From Elainellaceae cyanobacterium (GTDB taxonomy: Bacteria; Cyanobacteriota; Cyanobacteriia; CAZCXK01): a stretch of DNA of 64,000 nucleotides. The notes beneath the pieces were generated by a model. The model was not told where the DNA came from and ran no database searches. It was given only the letters and a program-made list of their open reading frames with translations. Shown piece by piece: positions 10,749 through 20,047 of the stretch. The stretch spans positions 51,267-115,266 of the forward strand of contig JBNPEG010000013.1 of NCBI GenBank assembly GCA_051117555.1, given 5' to 3'. Numbering within the stretch: position 1 is the stretch's first letter; the number at the start of each line of letters is the position of its first letter. The position numbers were made by a program, and so were the translations under genes.

Positions 10749-12419
10749 TCAGGTTTCAGGGGAGGATGTTGACCCATCGATTACAAATTCAAGCACTTGG
10801 CTTTGAGAACTTCCAAACTTGAGCTGAGTTTTTGACTGGAGCTGAACCTCTTGCCGATGCACTTTCTGCCATCCGTTGACGCCTAAGACCAAGGTGCCAA
10901 AGCGAGAGAAATCTCGTAAATAAAATGAGGGTTCCCGTTGCCCTGCTAAAAATGTATCTCGATAAAAAATCTCGGCGTGCTTTCGAGAAACGCCCGGATC
11001 GTGCAAGACCAAATCATTTCCTTCCCATTTTCCGACTCGCATGATGCCACCTTGAATTCGCCATACCTGAGGATGTGAGCCCAGAGAACGAATCGATGCA
11101 GCCGGAGTGTTGCGACCAATCCAGGTGGATGAATTGACAGGAATCTCAGTGACTCCTTCCGAAAGCGGACGCATTAATTCTCCATTAAACTCTGGGTGCA
11201 TATAAAGCACGGGCAGAGTCCAAGCAGGCTGATTAAATTTATAGAGTGTCAACAAATGCTGACGGGCGATCGCCACTGCCCGATCGACGGATGACCGATC
11301 AACCAGCGCTTGGGCAAAGACGTCGATAAAACTCAATGCTTCTCGGTCGGCAATAGAGTCCCGCATTGCCAGCACGGCTGGAACTCCGTGGTGAATCAGA
11401 ACTTCAGCCAGACTGCTGCGCGGAACCGCGTCCTGAGAGACACGATCAGATTGAGCGCCCCAGCAGGCATTGAAAACTGCTAGCTTAACTTGACAGCGTG
11501 TCAGGACCTGTGCCAATTCCGTGCCATTGATGGTGGCATCCGGTCGAAGAAATAGCAAGCCCCCACTTGGAGCAGGTTCGCCATGACCTGAATAGAATAA
11601 AACATTATAGCGACGAGTTTCGAGTTGGTCGATGAGTTCTGCTTCAGTGGGTTGCACGAGCGTTGTCACAGAAGACAACATCGGCGAATCAAAGTTTTCT
11701 CCATGTCGCGATGTTGACTGTTCTAAAATCCCAGTGAGCGTTTCCGCTTCCTGTTCAAGTTCAAGGACGGATTTGGCTGCACCAACATCTGCTGAGGGTC
11801 TAGCGATCGCTTCATCTTGACCCAAAACCAACAAAATATCGAGGGACTGATCTGATCGTAAGGGGGGTAAGGGATCAACTGCGCTTGTCGTGCGACTAAA
11901 TAAAATCTGCTGACTCAGAGAGACGGCTTGTTTACCCGGCTCCGGCTGCATGATTTCCCAGGGAAGGCTAATCAAATTTGGATCTCGAATCTCCAGGCGT
12001 AATCGCAGGGGTTTACCCTGACCAATTGCGATTCCCTGGCTTTGGCGAAAGCTGCCTTGGATCGGTCCATCAACGAGCCATTGCCAAAGGCTTACTCCTA
12101 AATACTGCATCAGGCGACTGCTGTAACTCGTCGTCTGCCCCGATGGCATCATATCTGTACCATTGAAGACAGGCGGCAGGACAGCAAAGGCATCCATGTT
12201 GAAGGCAACCTGAGACATGCCATCAGAGTTTTGAGTTGTAGCGAACATGCTCTGCCATGCTTGCCAAGCCTGTGTTAGCGAATCAGTCCACAAACGGTCG
12301 TAGTGAACATAGCCCTCTGGTGAAGGGGCACGCAACACCCAGATTGCGTAATGGTCTGGATCGGCAGCTTGTAAGCGAGCGATCGCCAGGCTTAAGCAGG
12401 GAATCTCAAACAACGGCAT
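10749..12419 (-). CDS. CHAT (caspase-HetF) domain protein with C-terminal FHA domain
   Basis: LPWE, FYSGHG (His) and VFNACW (Cys) dyad; C-terminal VG....DL......VSRKHA..D.SRFGT FHA-like. Confidence 0.85.
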   Translation of the reverse strand: MPLFEIPCLSLAIARLQAADPDHYAIWVLRAPSPEGYVHYDRLWTDSLTQAWQAWQSMFATTQNSDGMSQVAFNMDAFAVLPPVFNGTDMMPSGQTTSYSSRLMQYLGVSLWQWLVDGPIQGSFRQSQGIAIGQGKPLRLRLEIRDPNLISLPWEIMQPEPGKQAVSLSQQILFSRTTSAVDPLPPLRSDQSLDILLVLGQDEAIARPSADVGAAKSVLELEQEAETLTGILEQSTSRHGENFDSPMLSSVTTLVQPTEAELIDQLETRRYNVLFYSGHGEPAPSGGLLFLRPDATINGTELAQVLTRCQVKLAVFNACWGAQSDRVSQDAVPRSSLAEVLIHHGVPAVLAMRDSIADREALSFIDVFAQALVDRSSVDRAVAIARQHLLTLYKFNQPAWTLPVLYMHPEFNGELMRPLSEGVTEIPVNSSTWIGRNTPAASIRSLGSHPQVWRIQGGIMRVGKWEGNDLVLHDPGVSRKHAEIFYRDTFLAGQREPSFYLRDFSRFGTLVLGVNGWQKVHRQEVQLQSKTQLKFGSSQSQVLEFVIDGSTSSPET

Positions 12420-12523
12420 GTATGTACAACGTAAACCTCATGAATTCGCGTATTTACTTAAAAGTCTATCGGGTCTGATAGCAGAGGTGAAAGTTAAAAG
12501 AGTACCAAAATCATGGATCGATG

Positions 12524-15079
12524 TTAACGACATTCACCGAGTTGGGATGCAGTCAGATTTGGGTTAGGCAATACAAGTGGAGACACTTGAGTTTCTTGAA
12601 TCCACCCAACATCACCGGGTTCTAATAATCGAGGTGATAAAGGAACTGAAGCACTTGGATTGGGTTCTGGAGAATCGGACGAGGATGACACACTATTGTC
12701 AGGAACATCTGTCAAACCCGGGACAGAGCATACTTTCAGACGAACCCATCGCCCTTGCTCTTGAAATTCCTGCTTTCCTAATACCTGTAAAATACTCCCT
12801 GCTGGAATCGTACCCGCAACGAGAATCTCACGATTATCTACCGAATCGCCAGACTGGGATGGCAATGAATTGGTCGCATTGGGAGAAATTGGGCGCCTCG
12901 AATGAGATGCCGATTCGCTCGGTGCTGCGGGAAATGAGCGATCGCCAGGATGGGGAACCAATTGCAATGGCTGGTCTAATGTTAAATCATCTGCCCCGGT
13001 TGATCGGCTCACCTGGATTAGAGAACCGACATCAATAGAGATAGGACTGACAGTGGGGCTGGGATCAGAATCAGGCGGTAGTGTAACCTCTGATACTGGG
13101 TCTTGAGAGATCTGACGGATATTAAATAATGAGCTGAGCCGATTGCCCAACGAGGGGATCAAGAGATAAATCAATGTTCCGCCCAACCCCACCAGTAGAA
13201 TAATTCCAAGCAGCAGGGGAGCGACTCGTTGCCGTCTAGATGGCGTCGATGAAATCACTTGAGTAGTGTCTGCAGACGAAACGGGCTCTTTAGTCGGAGA
13301 CTCGGATTGAAACTCGGTTTGAGCAGATGGAGGCGATTGAATTTGGGTGGGCTGGGATGCCTGCACCCGAGTTTGGGGTGAGACGGACGTTGGCTGACCA
13401 ACCTGGTCAGACGGAAGGGCGATCGCCCGCGTTTGCCTCGGTTGATAGTAAATCAGCCCGACCGTGACATTATCGTAGCCATTGTGGGTATTGGCGATCG
13501 CAATCAGCTGTTGAGCGACGTCAGCCAAATTATATTTGTTCTCAATCGCAGGCAAAATAACGGTTTCCCAGAATGTCTCGACGCGATCGTTATCGCTTAG
13601 ACCATCTGAACAAAAGAGAAAAATGCTGTCTTCATCAACCAGGAAACGTTGAACCGTTGGATGGAGTGAAACAGATGGCCCCATTCCCAGCGCCTGCACT
13701 AGTGATCCTGAGCTGGGGTGCTGGAGGGCGCTACGGTAGGTGTTGTAGCCCAGTCGAACCTCTCGGGAGGCAATGTCATCATCCTGAGTAATCTGATGAC
13801 ATCCCCGGTGAGTAATCCAGTAGGCTCGACTGTCGCCGATATGGGTGACATACAGCTCAGACCCCAACATCAAACCCATGACAAGGGTTGTTCCCATCCG
13901 CTCTCGCTCGCGTCGATGCTGCGCGTCGTTATGTTGGCTAATCAAGTCATTCGCCACGCACACGCTCGTCGACAACTCTAGCTGCAGTTGATCGGAGGCT
14001 AAGGTTTCAAATTCAATGTGCTCTAGGCGCTGTTTGATCGACTCAATTGCCAAGTGGGAGGCTACGTCTCCGCCTTGATGCCCGCCAATGCCGTCACACA
14101 CAATCAGAAAAGCGTCTTCATGACTGACATCAGAGCGATCGCTAATTGAATATGTCTTTTGGGTGCCACTTGGGGGGTAACATGCGTCCTCATTTTGGTG
14201 GCGACTTGGGCCCTGATCGGTATAGCTGACAACCTCTACCTGTTGAGATTGAGACTGTTCTGCAATCCTCACCGCCTGATCGAGTCGATCGATCAATTGC
14301 TCAGGCTGATGAATTTGCCCTCGGATCATCAGTTGGCAAAGCGAGATTAAAAACGATGAAATCTCAGGCTCAGCGTCTTTTGCCAAGCTCAACCAGCGAT
14401 GCCCAAGTTGGTCTAGGGACGGAGCCGGATTGCCCATATCGGATCGCAGTTCGAGCAATCGGACAATGGATCCCTCAACTCGCAATAAATCTGGAATTAG
14501 AACACTCGATGCCGCCTGTTCGTCAATGAGAGGTTGCCATAATCGGGCAATTTGCCAGAGCCAGTTTAATTGACGCATTGCGGAGGCGCTTAGCCACGCA
14601 TCAACCAGAGACGGCAGACATTGCACATCCGATGTGCGGGATTTTGACACGCTGGTAGTATCTGAGTCGTCAAATCTCTGATGCTGTGTTGATGGCTGAG
14701 TAGACTTAGATAAACTCTCTGCAATAGGGGCATGCTCCAAGACGATAATCTCACCCGCTGCGTCTGATTCAGATTCGATTGGGATGGCTCCATATATCTG
14801 AGGAACATGTAATTGGTAGGGAGAGAGCCGCAAATATGGAAGCAGAGCATAAGAGATTTCACGGGGCTCATCCGGTGGTAACCCCGGTTTAGTATCCAAA
14901 AAAATGCGATCGCCCTTATACAAATAGCGATTTAAAAAAATTTCACCAGCAGCACACGCCCTTCCCTCCAAATTGAGCGCCCAAAGGTATCGCTTCACGA
15001 GAGGGGTTTGACATTTTTGACAGAATCTGCTGCTCTCTGAGTTAGGAGCTTGGCACGTATAGTTAGAACAATAGAGCAT
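12524..15079 (-). CDS. PP2C Ser/Thr phosphatase with N-terminal Zn-ribbon/kinase-like region and TM anchor (PrpJ-like architecture)
   Basis: C-x4-C..C-x2-C N-terminus; R..NEDA, VCDGIGGH, MGTT, HIGDSRAY, CSDGL, DNVT; one TM helix. Confidence 0.88.
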   Translation of the reverse strand: MLYCSNYTCQAPNSESSRFCQKCQTPLVKRYLWALNLEGRACAAGEIFLNRYLYKGDRIFLDTKPGLPPDEPREISYALLPYLRLSPYQLHVPQIYGAIPIESESDAAGEIIVLEHAPIAESLSKSTQPSTQHQRFDDSDTTSVSKSRTSDVQCLPSLVDAWLSASAMRQLNWLWQIARLWQPLIDEQAASSVLIPDLLRVEGSIVRLLELRSDMGNPAPSLDQLGHRWLSLAKDAEPEISSFLISLCQLMIRGQIHQPEQLIDRLDQAVRIAEQSQSQQVEVVSYTDQGPSRHQNEDACYPPSGTQKTYSISDRSDVSHEDAFLIVCDGIGGHQGGDVASHLAIESIKQRLEHIEFETLASDQLQLELSTSVCVANDLISQHNDAQHRRERERMGTTLVMGLMLGSELYVTHIGDSRAYWITHRGCHQITQDDDIASREVRLGYNTYRSALQHPSSGSLVQALGMGPSVSLHPTVQRFLVDEDSIFLFCSDGLSDNDRVETFWETVILPAIENKYNLADVAQQLIAIANTHNGYDNVTVGLIYYQPRQTRAIALPSDQVGQPTSVSPQTRVQASQPTQIQSPPSAQTEFQSESPTKEPVSSADTTQVISSTPSRRQRVAPLLLGIILLVGLGGTLIYLLIPSLGNRLSSLFNIRQISQDPVSEVTLPPDSDPSPTVSPISIDVGSLIQVSRSTGADDLTLDQPLQLVPHPGDRSFPAAPSESASHSRRPISPNATNSLPSQSGDSVDNREILVAGTIPAGSILQVLGKQEFQEQGRWVRLKVCSVPGLTDVPDNSVSSSSDSPEPNPSASVPLSPRLLEPGDVGWIQETQVSPLVLPNPNLTASQLGECR

Positions 15080-15385
15080 GGCTGTGGCACTTTGCCTGAA
15101 GCCAGAAATATAAGGGGGATGGTTTTACCAGAATAGCTTAGTAGACTACCTGTATAGAACTATTGCTCCCAAATCAACCAATCAATTTGAAGCGGCTGCC
15201 CTTTCAACCATAGAATCCATCAAGCGTCGGGGCTGGTTAACGGGCACAGTCCCAGACACGGATTGCAAATTCCCCTATCTGGCCATTTGCAGACTGAGAT
15301 GCTTCTCAGACTTAAGTGGCGATTTTGAACATAATCTCTCCAAACAAGTTCTCCAGGTTGATCAGAAGAGCATCTCAAAAGATCG

Positions 15386-15739
15386 TTATTCTAAGTGGGA
15401 ATCGTCACTACCTGAAACGCGAGGTAATCCAAAGCTGTAATTGCGGACTCTACTCTTTAGGTTATAAGCCAGCTTCCCATCATGGAGGAGCGATCGCACG
15501 AAGTGTTCTAAATCTGAACCAATCCTGCGCAAGTTGTAGTCAGTTAGTTCAGCACCTTCATAGATATCAACAAGCTCGTCAAACTTTCGGTAAACGTCTT
15601 GAAGAGCCTCATCGTTCCAATTCAACTCATTATCTGGATCAACATCTAGGGTTAGCTTATCTACGCTAGGAACGAGCTCATCTTTCTCAAGCTCAGCGCT
15701 ATAAAGGCGGATATGACGGGTTGTAGACTTGAGCAGCAT
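15386..15739 (-). CDS. ndhM: NDH-1 subunit M
   Basis: MLLKSTTRHIR, LTLDVDPDNE, YNLRRIGSDLEHF. Confidence 0.95.
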   Translation of the reverse strand: MLLKSTTRHIRLYSAELEKDELVPSVDKLTLDVDPDNELNWNDEALQDVYRKFDELVDIYEGAELTDYNLRRIGSDLEHFVRSLLHDGKLAYNLKSRVRNYSFGLPRVSGSDDSHLE

Positions 15740-16170
15740 ATAAGTATCGAGAGGAATACGGCAGCTAAAATCTTATTGTATAGGCTTATTGAGGCGATCG
15801 CGCTCGTCTAGGCATTCTCCACTCGTTAGTATTTCTAATTGTCTAGATTAGGACTCACGAAACTGGCAATGCACCCCTTATTCCCCTTTCAACTCCTTGG
15901 GTGATCCATAAGACGTAATGCAATCTATCAGAAATCAACATTGAGCCTATTCATTTAGCCGTCTCAGTTCAACGATTCGATGAAAGCGCCAAGGTTCTCA
16001 GTCAACTCACTCTCATTCGGTTTGCTTCAGGAACTCAGCGTGCTCAAATTAAATCTAGTTAGACTAAAGATGCTGAGGTTCATCAATACCACAAACTTTG
16101 GCAAGCTTTCTCATAGAGAAAGTCAAGTTCCAGCAGTTCTTAAGACTAAGCTAGTTGCAGCGGTGCAAAG

Positions 16171-16863
16171 ATGAGCTCAAAAAATTTACCTCGAATTGCC
16201 AAGGGTGCACTCGCTATCGCGATGCTCTTGATGCTGTTTTCTCTATGGCGCAATGCGTCTCGCCTTATGGGAAATTTCAGCTCGGTGTTCAATCTACAGA
16301 CATCTGAGCCAGCCATTGATCCGCGATCGCTCGTCATCGACCAGGTTCGAGGTGTGAGTGAGCTGACAACGGCTGTTTATGCAATGGAATCGGTTGTTCC
16401 CGCAAGTCGCGATCGCACCCTCGGAAATTACGTAATCGGTCGCACCACACTGCTTTACATTGCCTATGGAGAGGTTCGGGCAGGAGTTGATCTCAGTGAA
16501 ATTAATGATGGAGATATCCAAATCAATGACGAAGCACTTGCCCTACGCCTTCCTCCGCCCGAAATCTTAGACAGCAAAATCGATGTTAACCGCTCCCGAG
16601 TCTATGATTATGATCGCGGATTTCTTGGGCTAGGCCCCGATTCAGCGCCTCAGCTCCAAGAACTTGCACAACGCGAAACACTCCAGCGTATCGTCGAAGC
16701 TGCGTGTGATAATGGGGTTCTCGGTGAAGCAAATGAACGTGCCGAATCCGTCGTTACCCAACTTTTGACAACTGCTGGTTATCAAACGATCACAATCGAA
16801 ACTCAACCTCCCCCCCCTGATACCTGTGAAGTTTCTGGTTCTGTTGCGTTAGATAGCCAGTAA
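16171..16863 (+). CDS. DUF4230 domain protein
   Basis: N-terminal TM; ELTT, LLYIAYGEVRAGVDLS, LPPPEI motifs. Confidence 0.8.
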   Translation: MSSKNLPRIAKGALAIAMLLMLFSLWRNASRLMGNFSSVFNLQTSEPAIDPRSLVIDQVRGVSELTTAVYAMESVVPASRDRTLGNYVIGRTTLLYIAYGEVRAGVDLSEINDGDIQINDEALALRLPPPEILDSKIDVNRSRVYDYDRGFLGLGPDSAPQLQELAQRETLQRIVEAACDNGVLGEANERAESVVTQLLTTAGYQTITIETQPPPPDTCEVSGSVALDSQ

Positions 16864-17140
16864 ATGTCTATAGCACTCTATATGCGCAATACCCTAGCTT
16901 TGTAGAGATTTAAAGAACTGAATACAGTAATTTTTAATGGCATCAAGTGCGGGATTGATAGCGCAGGGAGCATGGACTCAAACCATCCTACTCAACTTGA
17001 GCAAACGCTACTACATAGTAAAAATACGGATGTTTTTCCTAATAGTTTAAGGGATTAAAAAATAGAAAAAATACTGAGATTATTAAGACATTTGATGGGC
17101 ATTCTGAAGCTGTGTAATAGAGCAGCAGAGGAATGAGTTC

Positions 17141-19915
17141 ATGCCTAGAGATCGTGCAAAAAATTTCCTAAAACGAGCAAAAAAAGTTACTCTAAATAAT
17201 TCTTCAAGCAGATTCAAAGACTTCATTGGCGATGGAGATGATGACGATTTGTATCGGGTTAGAGTAACAAATCGCAGCAGTTTTGACCTTAAACTTTCCG
17301 GACTAAAGTCCAATGCTGATGTTGAAATCTACACATTAAAAGGCTCGAGGCGGAAAGTCCTTAGACAGATTGGTACAACAGATTTTAGCGATTTATCCAA
17401 GCAAGATATTCGAAAAAATCTTCAGATGCTGACTCGTTCTCGCAAAGGCGGTAAGCGAAACGAAGCCGTTTCAACCGAACTCGATGCAGGTGAATATTAT
17501 GTTCGGGTTAAGCCTCGCAACAGTAAGCGTCACAGTACGAAATATCAATTGCTCTTATCTGCCGAGGATATCGTTGTCCCCGCACCCATTGGGGGGAGCA
17601 ACCTCCCTGATGGGACGACTACTCCTGATGTCACCGCTCCTCCAACTAGCTCACCCCCCCCTGCCACATCTCCTACTGACACGGGTATCACCGTTCCACC
17701 GTCTGATGGAAACAACACGCCTTTAGACGCTCAGTTGATTCAGGTTGACTTTAGAACTAGACAATATACAGGATATGTCGGAGACACGGATACGGATGAC
17801 TATTTCAAATTTTCACTTCAAAATGGTGGAGATTTTACTCTGACCATGTTTGGCTTGAGCGCTGATGCGGACGTCGAATTGCTAGGCAGTGACGGTCAAA
17901 TTCTCTCCCTTGATACTCAAAACCGTTCAGCACTTTCAGCGCTCATCGGCACTAACAATGAGACGATTAACTATCGTTTGGATGTCGGCGGAGATTATCT
18001 CATCCGAGTTTATCAAGGGATTGCAGGGCAAAATACCGATTACACGTTTGATGTCGCAGTTGTTCCAGGCCCTGATGGTGCAGGAAATACCCCTGAAACT
18101 GCCCGTGTTCTGCGCGGCACCGATGGGGAAAGGGGGTTTGTCAACGAGTTCCAAAATACAACACTCACTGAGTTTAAACGCTTTTCAGATTTTGTGGGAG
18201 GAGCTGATTTAGCTGACTACTACAAAATTACGTTTGAAGCAAACGATTTCTTCTTGAGCCTCGATTTGAATGACCTGCAAGCTGATCTCGATATCGAACT
18301 CCTTGTAGAAAAAGGCGGTACGTTGCAAGCGGTTGCGAACGGTAAGTCTGAGAGGTCAGGCACAGCATCAGAAGCATTTGGTGGAAGCTTTGCACCTGGA
18401 ACTTACTATCTAAAGGTGGCACCCAAGAGCGGAAATCCTGATATTGGCTCTTTTTACAATCTAGACATATCGGGCGTGTTGCTTGATGGCATCCCCGCTT
18501 TGACGCGCGATATCAAAATTGATACATCAGGATCAAGCAGCCCCTCATCCGACGTCAGAGAGATTACCGGTGTTACCAGCGGTGAGGTTTATTTCGTTGC
18601 GAATGACGGCTCCGGTGAGGCAATTTGGGTGAGCGACGGAACGTTTGATACAACGAATAAGTTAGACACAGGTGGCAAAACCTTCACCCAAATCTCAAAC
18701 TTAACAGATGTTGGTGGCGTTATTTTCTTTGCAGCCGATGGTGGGGATGGCAATGGCGTCGAGCTTTGGCAGGTTGACGGTGGTGCAATCAGTCTAGTTG
18801 CCAATATCAACGAAAATACGGCGACTACCGGCGGTAATGCATCGTTTATCTCCTCTAACCCAAGAAATCTTGCTAATTTCAACGGTACGCTGTACTTTAT
18901 AGCTGCATCTGATGGGGTCAATGAACAGCTCTATAAGTACGCACCGAGCGATGCAGCCCCGCAAGCCATTACGACTCAAGATGTCTCAAGCGTTGCTGAA
19001 CTCACTGATTTTGATGGCACGCTTTACTTCACGGCGACTAATAATATCAATGGACTTCAGCTTTATCGTATCAATAGCAGTGGTGCTGCTGAAATCGTCG
19101 ATATCCCCGTTCCGACCAGCCAAGGAGATCCGAGTACCTTTCCGACAGACTTGACAGTCGTTGAAAAAGTGGTCGGAGGAGCTGTTGAAAAAACTCTCTA
19201 CTTCACGGCGGTTGGTAATTCGGGTGGTACTGACACAGGACGCGAAATCTGGAAGATTACCAGTCCTACTGGCACTGCTCAGATGGTGGAAGAAATTCGT
19301 TCTGGATTTGAAAGTGCTGAACCGATGGAGCTAATCGCGTTGAACGATACGCTATTCTTCGTGGCTCAACGCTCTGCTGGTGGTAATCAAACCGAGCTTT
19401 GGAAGCTAGAGGGAGATACTCCCGTGATGGTGACGAATAGCACTGGAGTAGTAGGCTATCAACCTGACCAACTGACTGTTGTTGGCAACACGCTGTATTT
19501 CACGGCTGAAGACAGCAATGGCCGCGAACTCTGGAAAACTGATGGAACGACCTTTTCCCAGGTTTTGGATATTAATCTAGGTTCTGGCAGTTCGACGCCA
19601 CAAAACCTCATTGCTGTAGGCGATACCCTATACTTCACCGCAGATAATGGCGTCACGGATGGACCGGATGCGATTGGGCGCGAACTCTGGAAGACAGACG
19701 GAACAGCAGAAAACACTGTCAATGTTGATGACATTTGGGTTGGTACTCAAAGCTCGATTCCGAGCAATCCAGAGTTTGTCAACGTTAATGGACGACTCTT
19801 CTTTACGGCGAGTAACGGTAACGAAACGGTAACTACAATGGTTAACGGACAAGATGTTGTTGTTGGGAAGGGGGTTGAGCTATGGGTTGTCGGTCAGGAG
19901 ATTCCTGCCTTATAA
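17141..19915 (+). CDS. PPC-domain / ELWxxDGT-repeat protein
   Basis: Three PPC-like units (DDLYR/DDYFKF/ADYYKI...L.ADADVEL...G.Y.IRV), P/T linker, repeats ELWKTDGT and TLYFTA. Confidence 0.8.
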   Translation: MPRDRAKNFLKRAKKVTLNNSSSRFKDFIGDGDDDDLYRVRVTNRSSFDLKLSGLKSNADVEIYTLKGSRRKVLRQIGTTDFSDLSKQDIRKNLQMLTRSRKGGKRNEAVSTELDAGEYYVRVKPRNSKRHSTKYQLLLSAEDIVVPAPIGGSNLPDGTTTPDVTAPPTSSPPPATSPTDTGITVPPSDGNNTPLDAQLIQVDFRTRQYTGYVGDTDTDDYFKFSLQNGGDFTLTMFGLSADADVELLGSDGQILSLDTQNRSALSALIGTNNETINYRLDVGGDYLIRVYQGIAGQNTDYTFDVAVVPGPDGAGNTPETARVLRGTDGERGFVNEFQNTTLTEFKRFSDFVGGADLADYYKITFEANDFFLSLDLNDLQADLDIELLVEKGGTLQAVANGKSERSGTASEAFGGSFAPGTYYLKVAPKSGNPDIGSFYNLDISGVLLDGIPALTRDIKIDTSGSSSPSSDVREITGVTSGEVYFVANDGSGEAIWVSDGTFDTTNKLDTGGKTFTQISNLTDVGGVIFFAADGGDGNGVELWQVDGGAISLVANINENTATTGGNASFISSNPRNLANFNGTLYFIAASDGVNEQLYKYAPSDAAPQAITTQDVSSVAELTDFDGTLYFTATNNINGLQLYRINSSGAAEIVDIPVPTSQGDPSTFPTDLTVVEKVVGGAVEKTLYFTAVGNSGGTDTGREIWKITSPTGTAQMVEEIRSGFESAEPMELIALNDTLFFVAQRSAGGNQTELWKLEGDTPVMVTNSTGVVGYQPDQLTVVGNTLYFTAEDSNGRELWKTDGTTFSQVLDINLGSGSSTPQNLIAVGDTLYFTADNGVTDGPDAIGRELWKTDGTAENTVNVDDIWVGTQSSIPSNPEFVNVNGRLFFTASNGNETVTTMVNGQDVVVGKGVELWVVGQEIPAL

Positions 19916-19946
19916 CCAGTAGCGATATCAGCACAATCTAGGACAC

Positions 19947-19987
19947 AAAACAGCGATCGCCCCGAATATAAGGGCGATCGCTGTTTT
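19947..19987. terminator. Bidirectional terminator-like hairpin with HIP1 in both arms
   Basis: AAAACAGCGATCGCCC ... GGGCGATCGCTGTTTT between convergent genes. Confidence 0.8.
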
Positions 19988-20047
19988 ATTAACCATCAGG
20001 ATAGTCAATCTTAGCTATCCGGTTACGCATTTTCTTTGCGGAGGTTC

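Noticed and set aside
17141..19915. HIP1 absence in the ELWxxDGT gene as a sign of horizontal transfer
   Set aside because: A 2.8-kb gap is too short to be convincing without statistics
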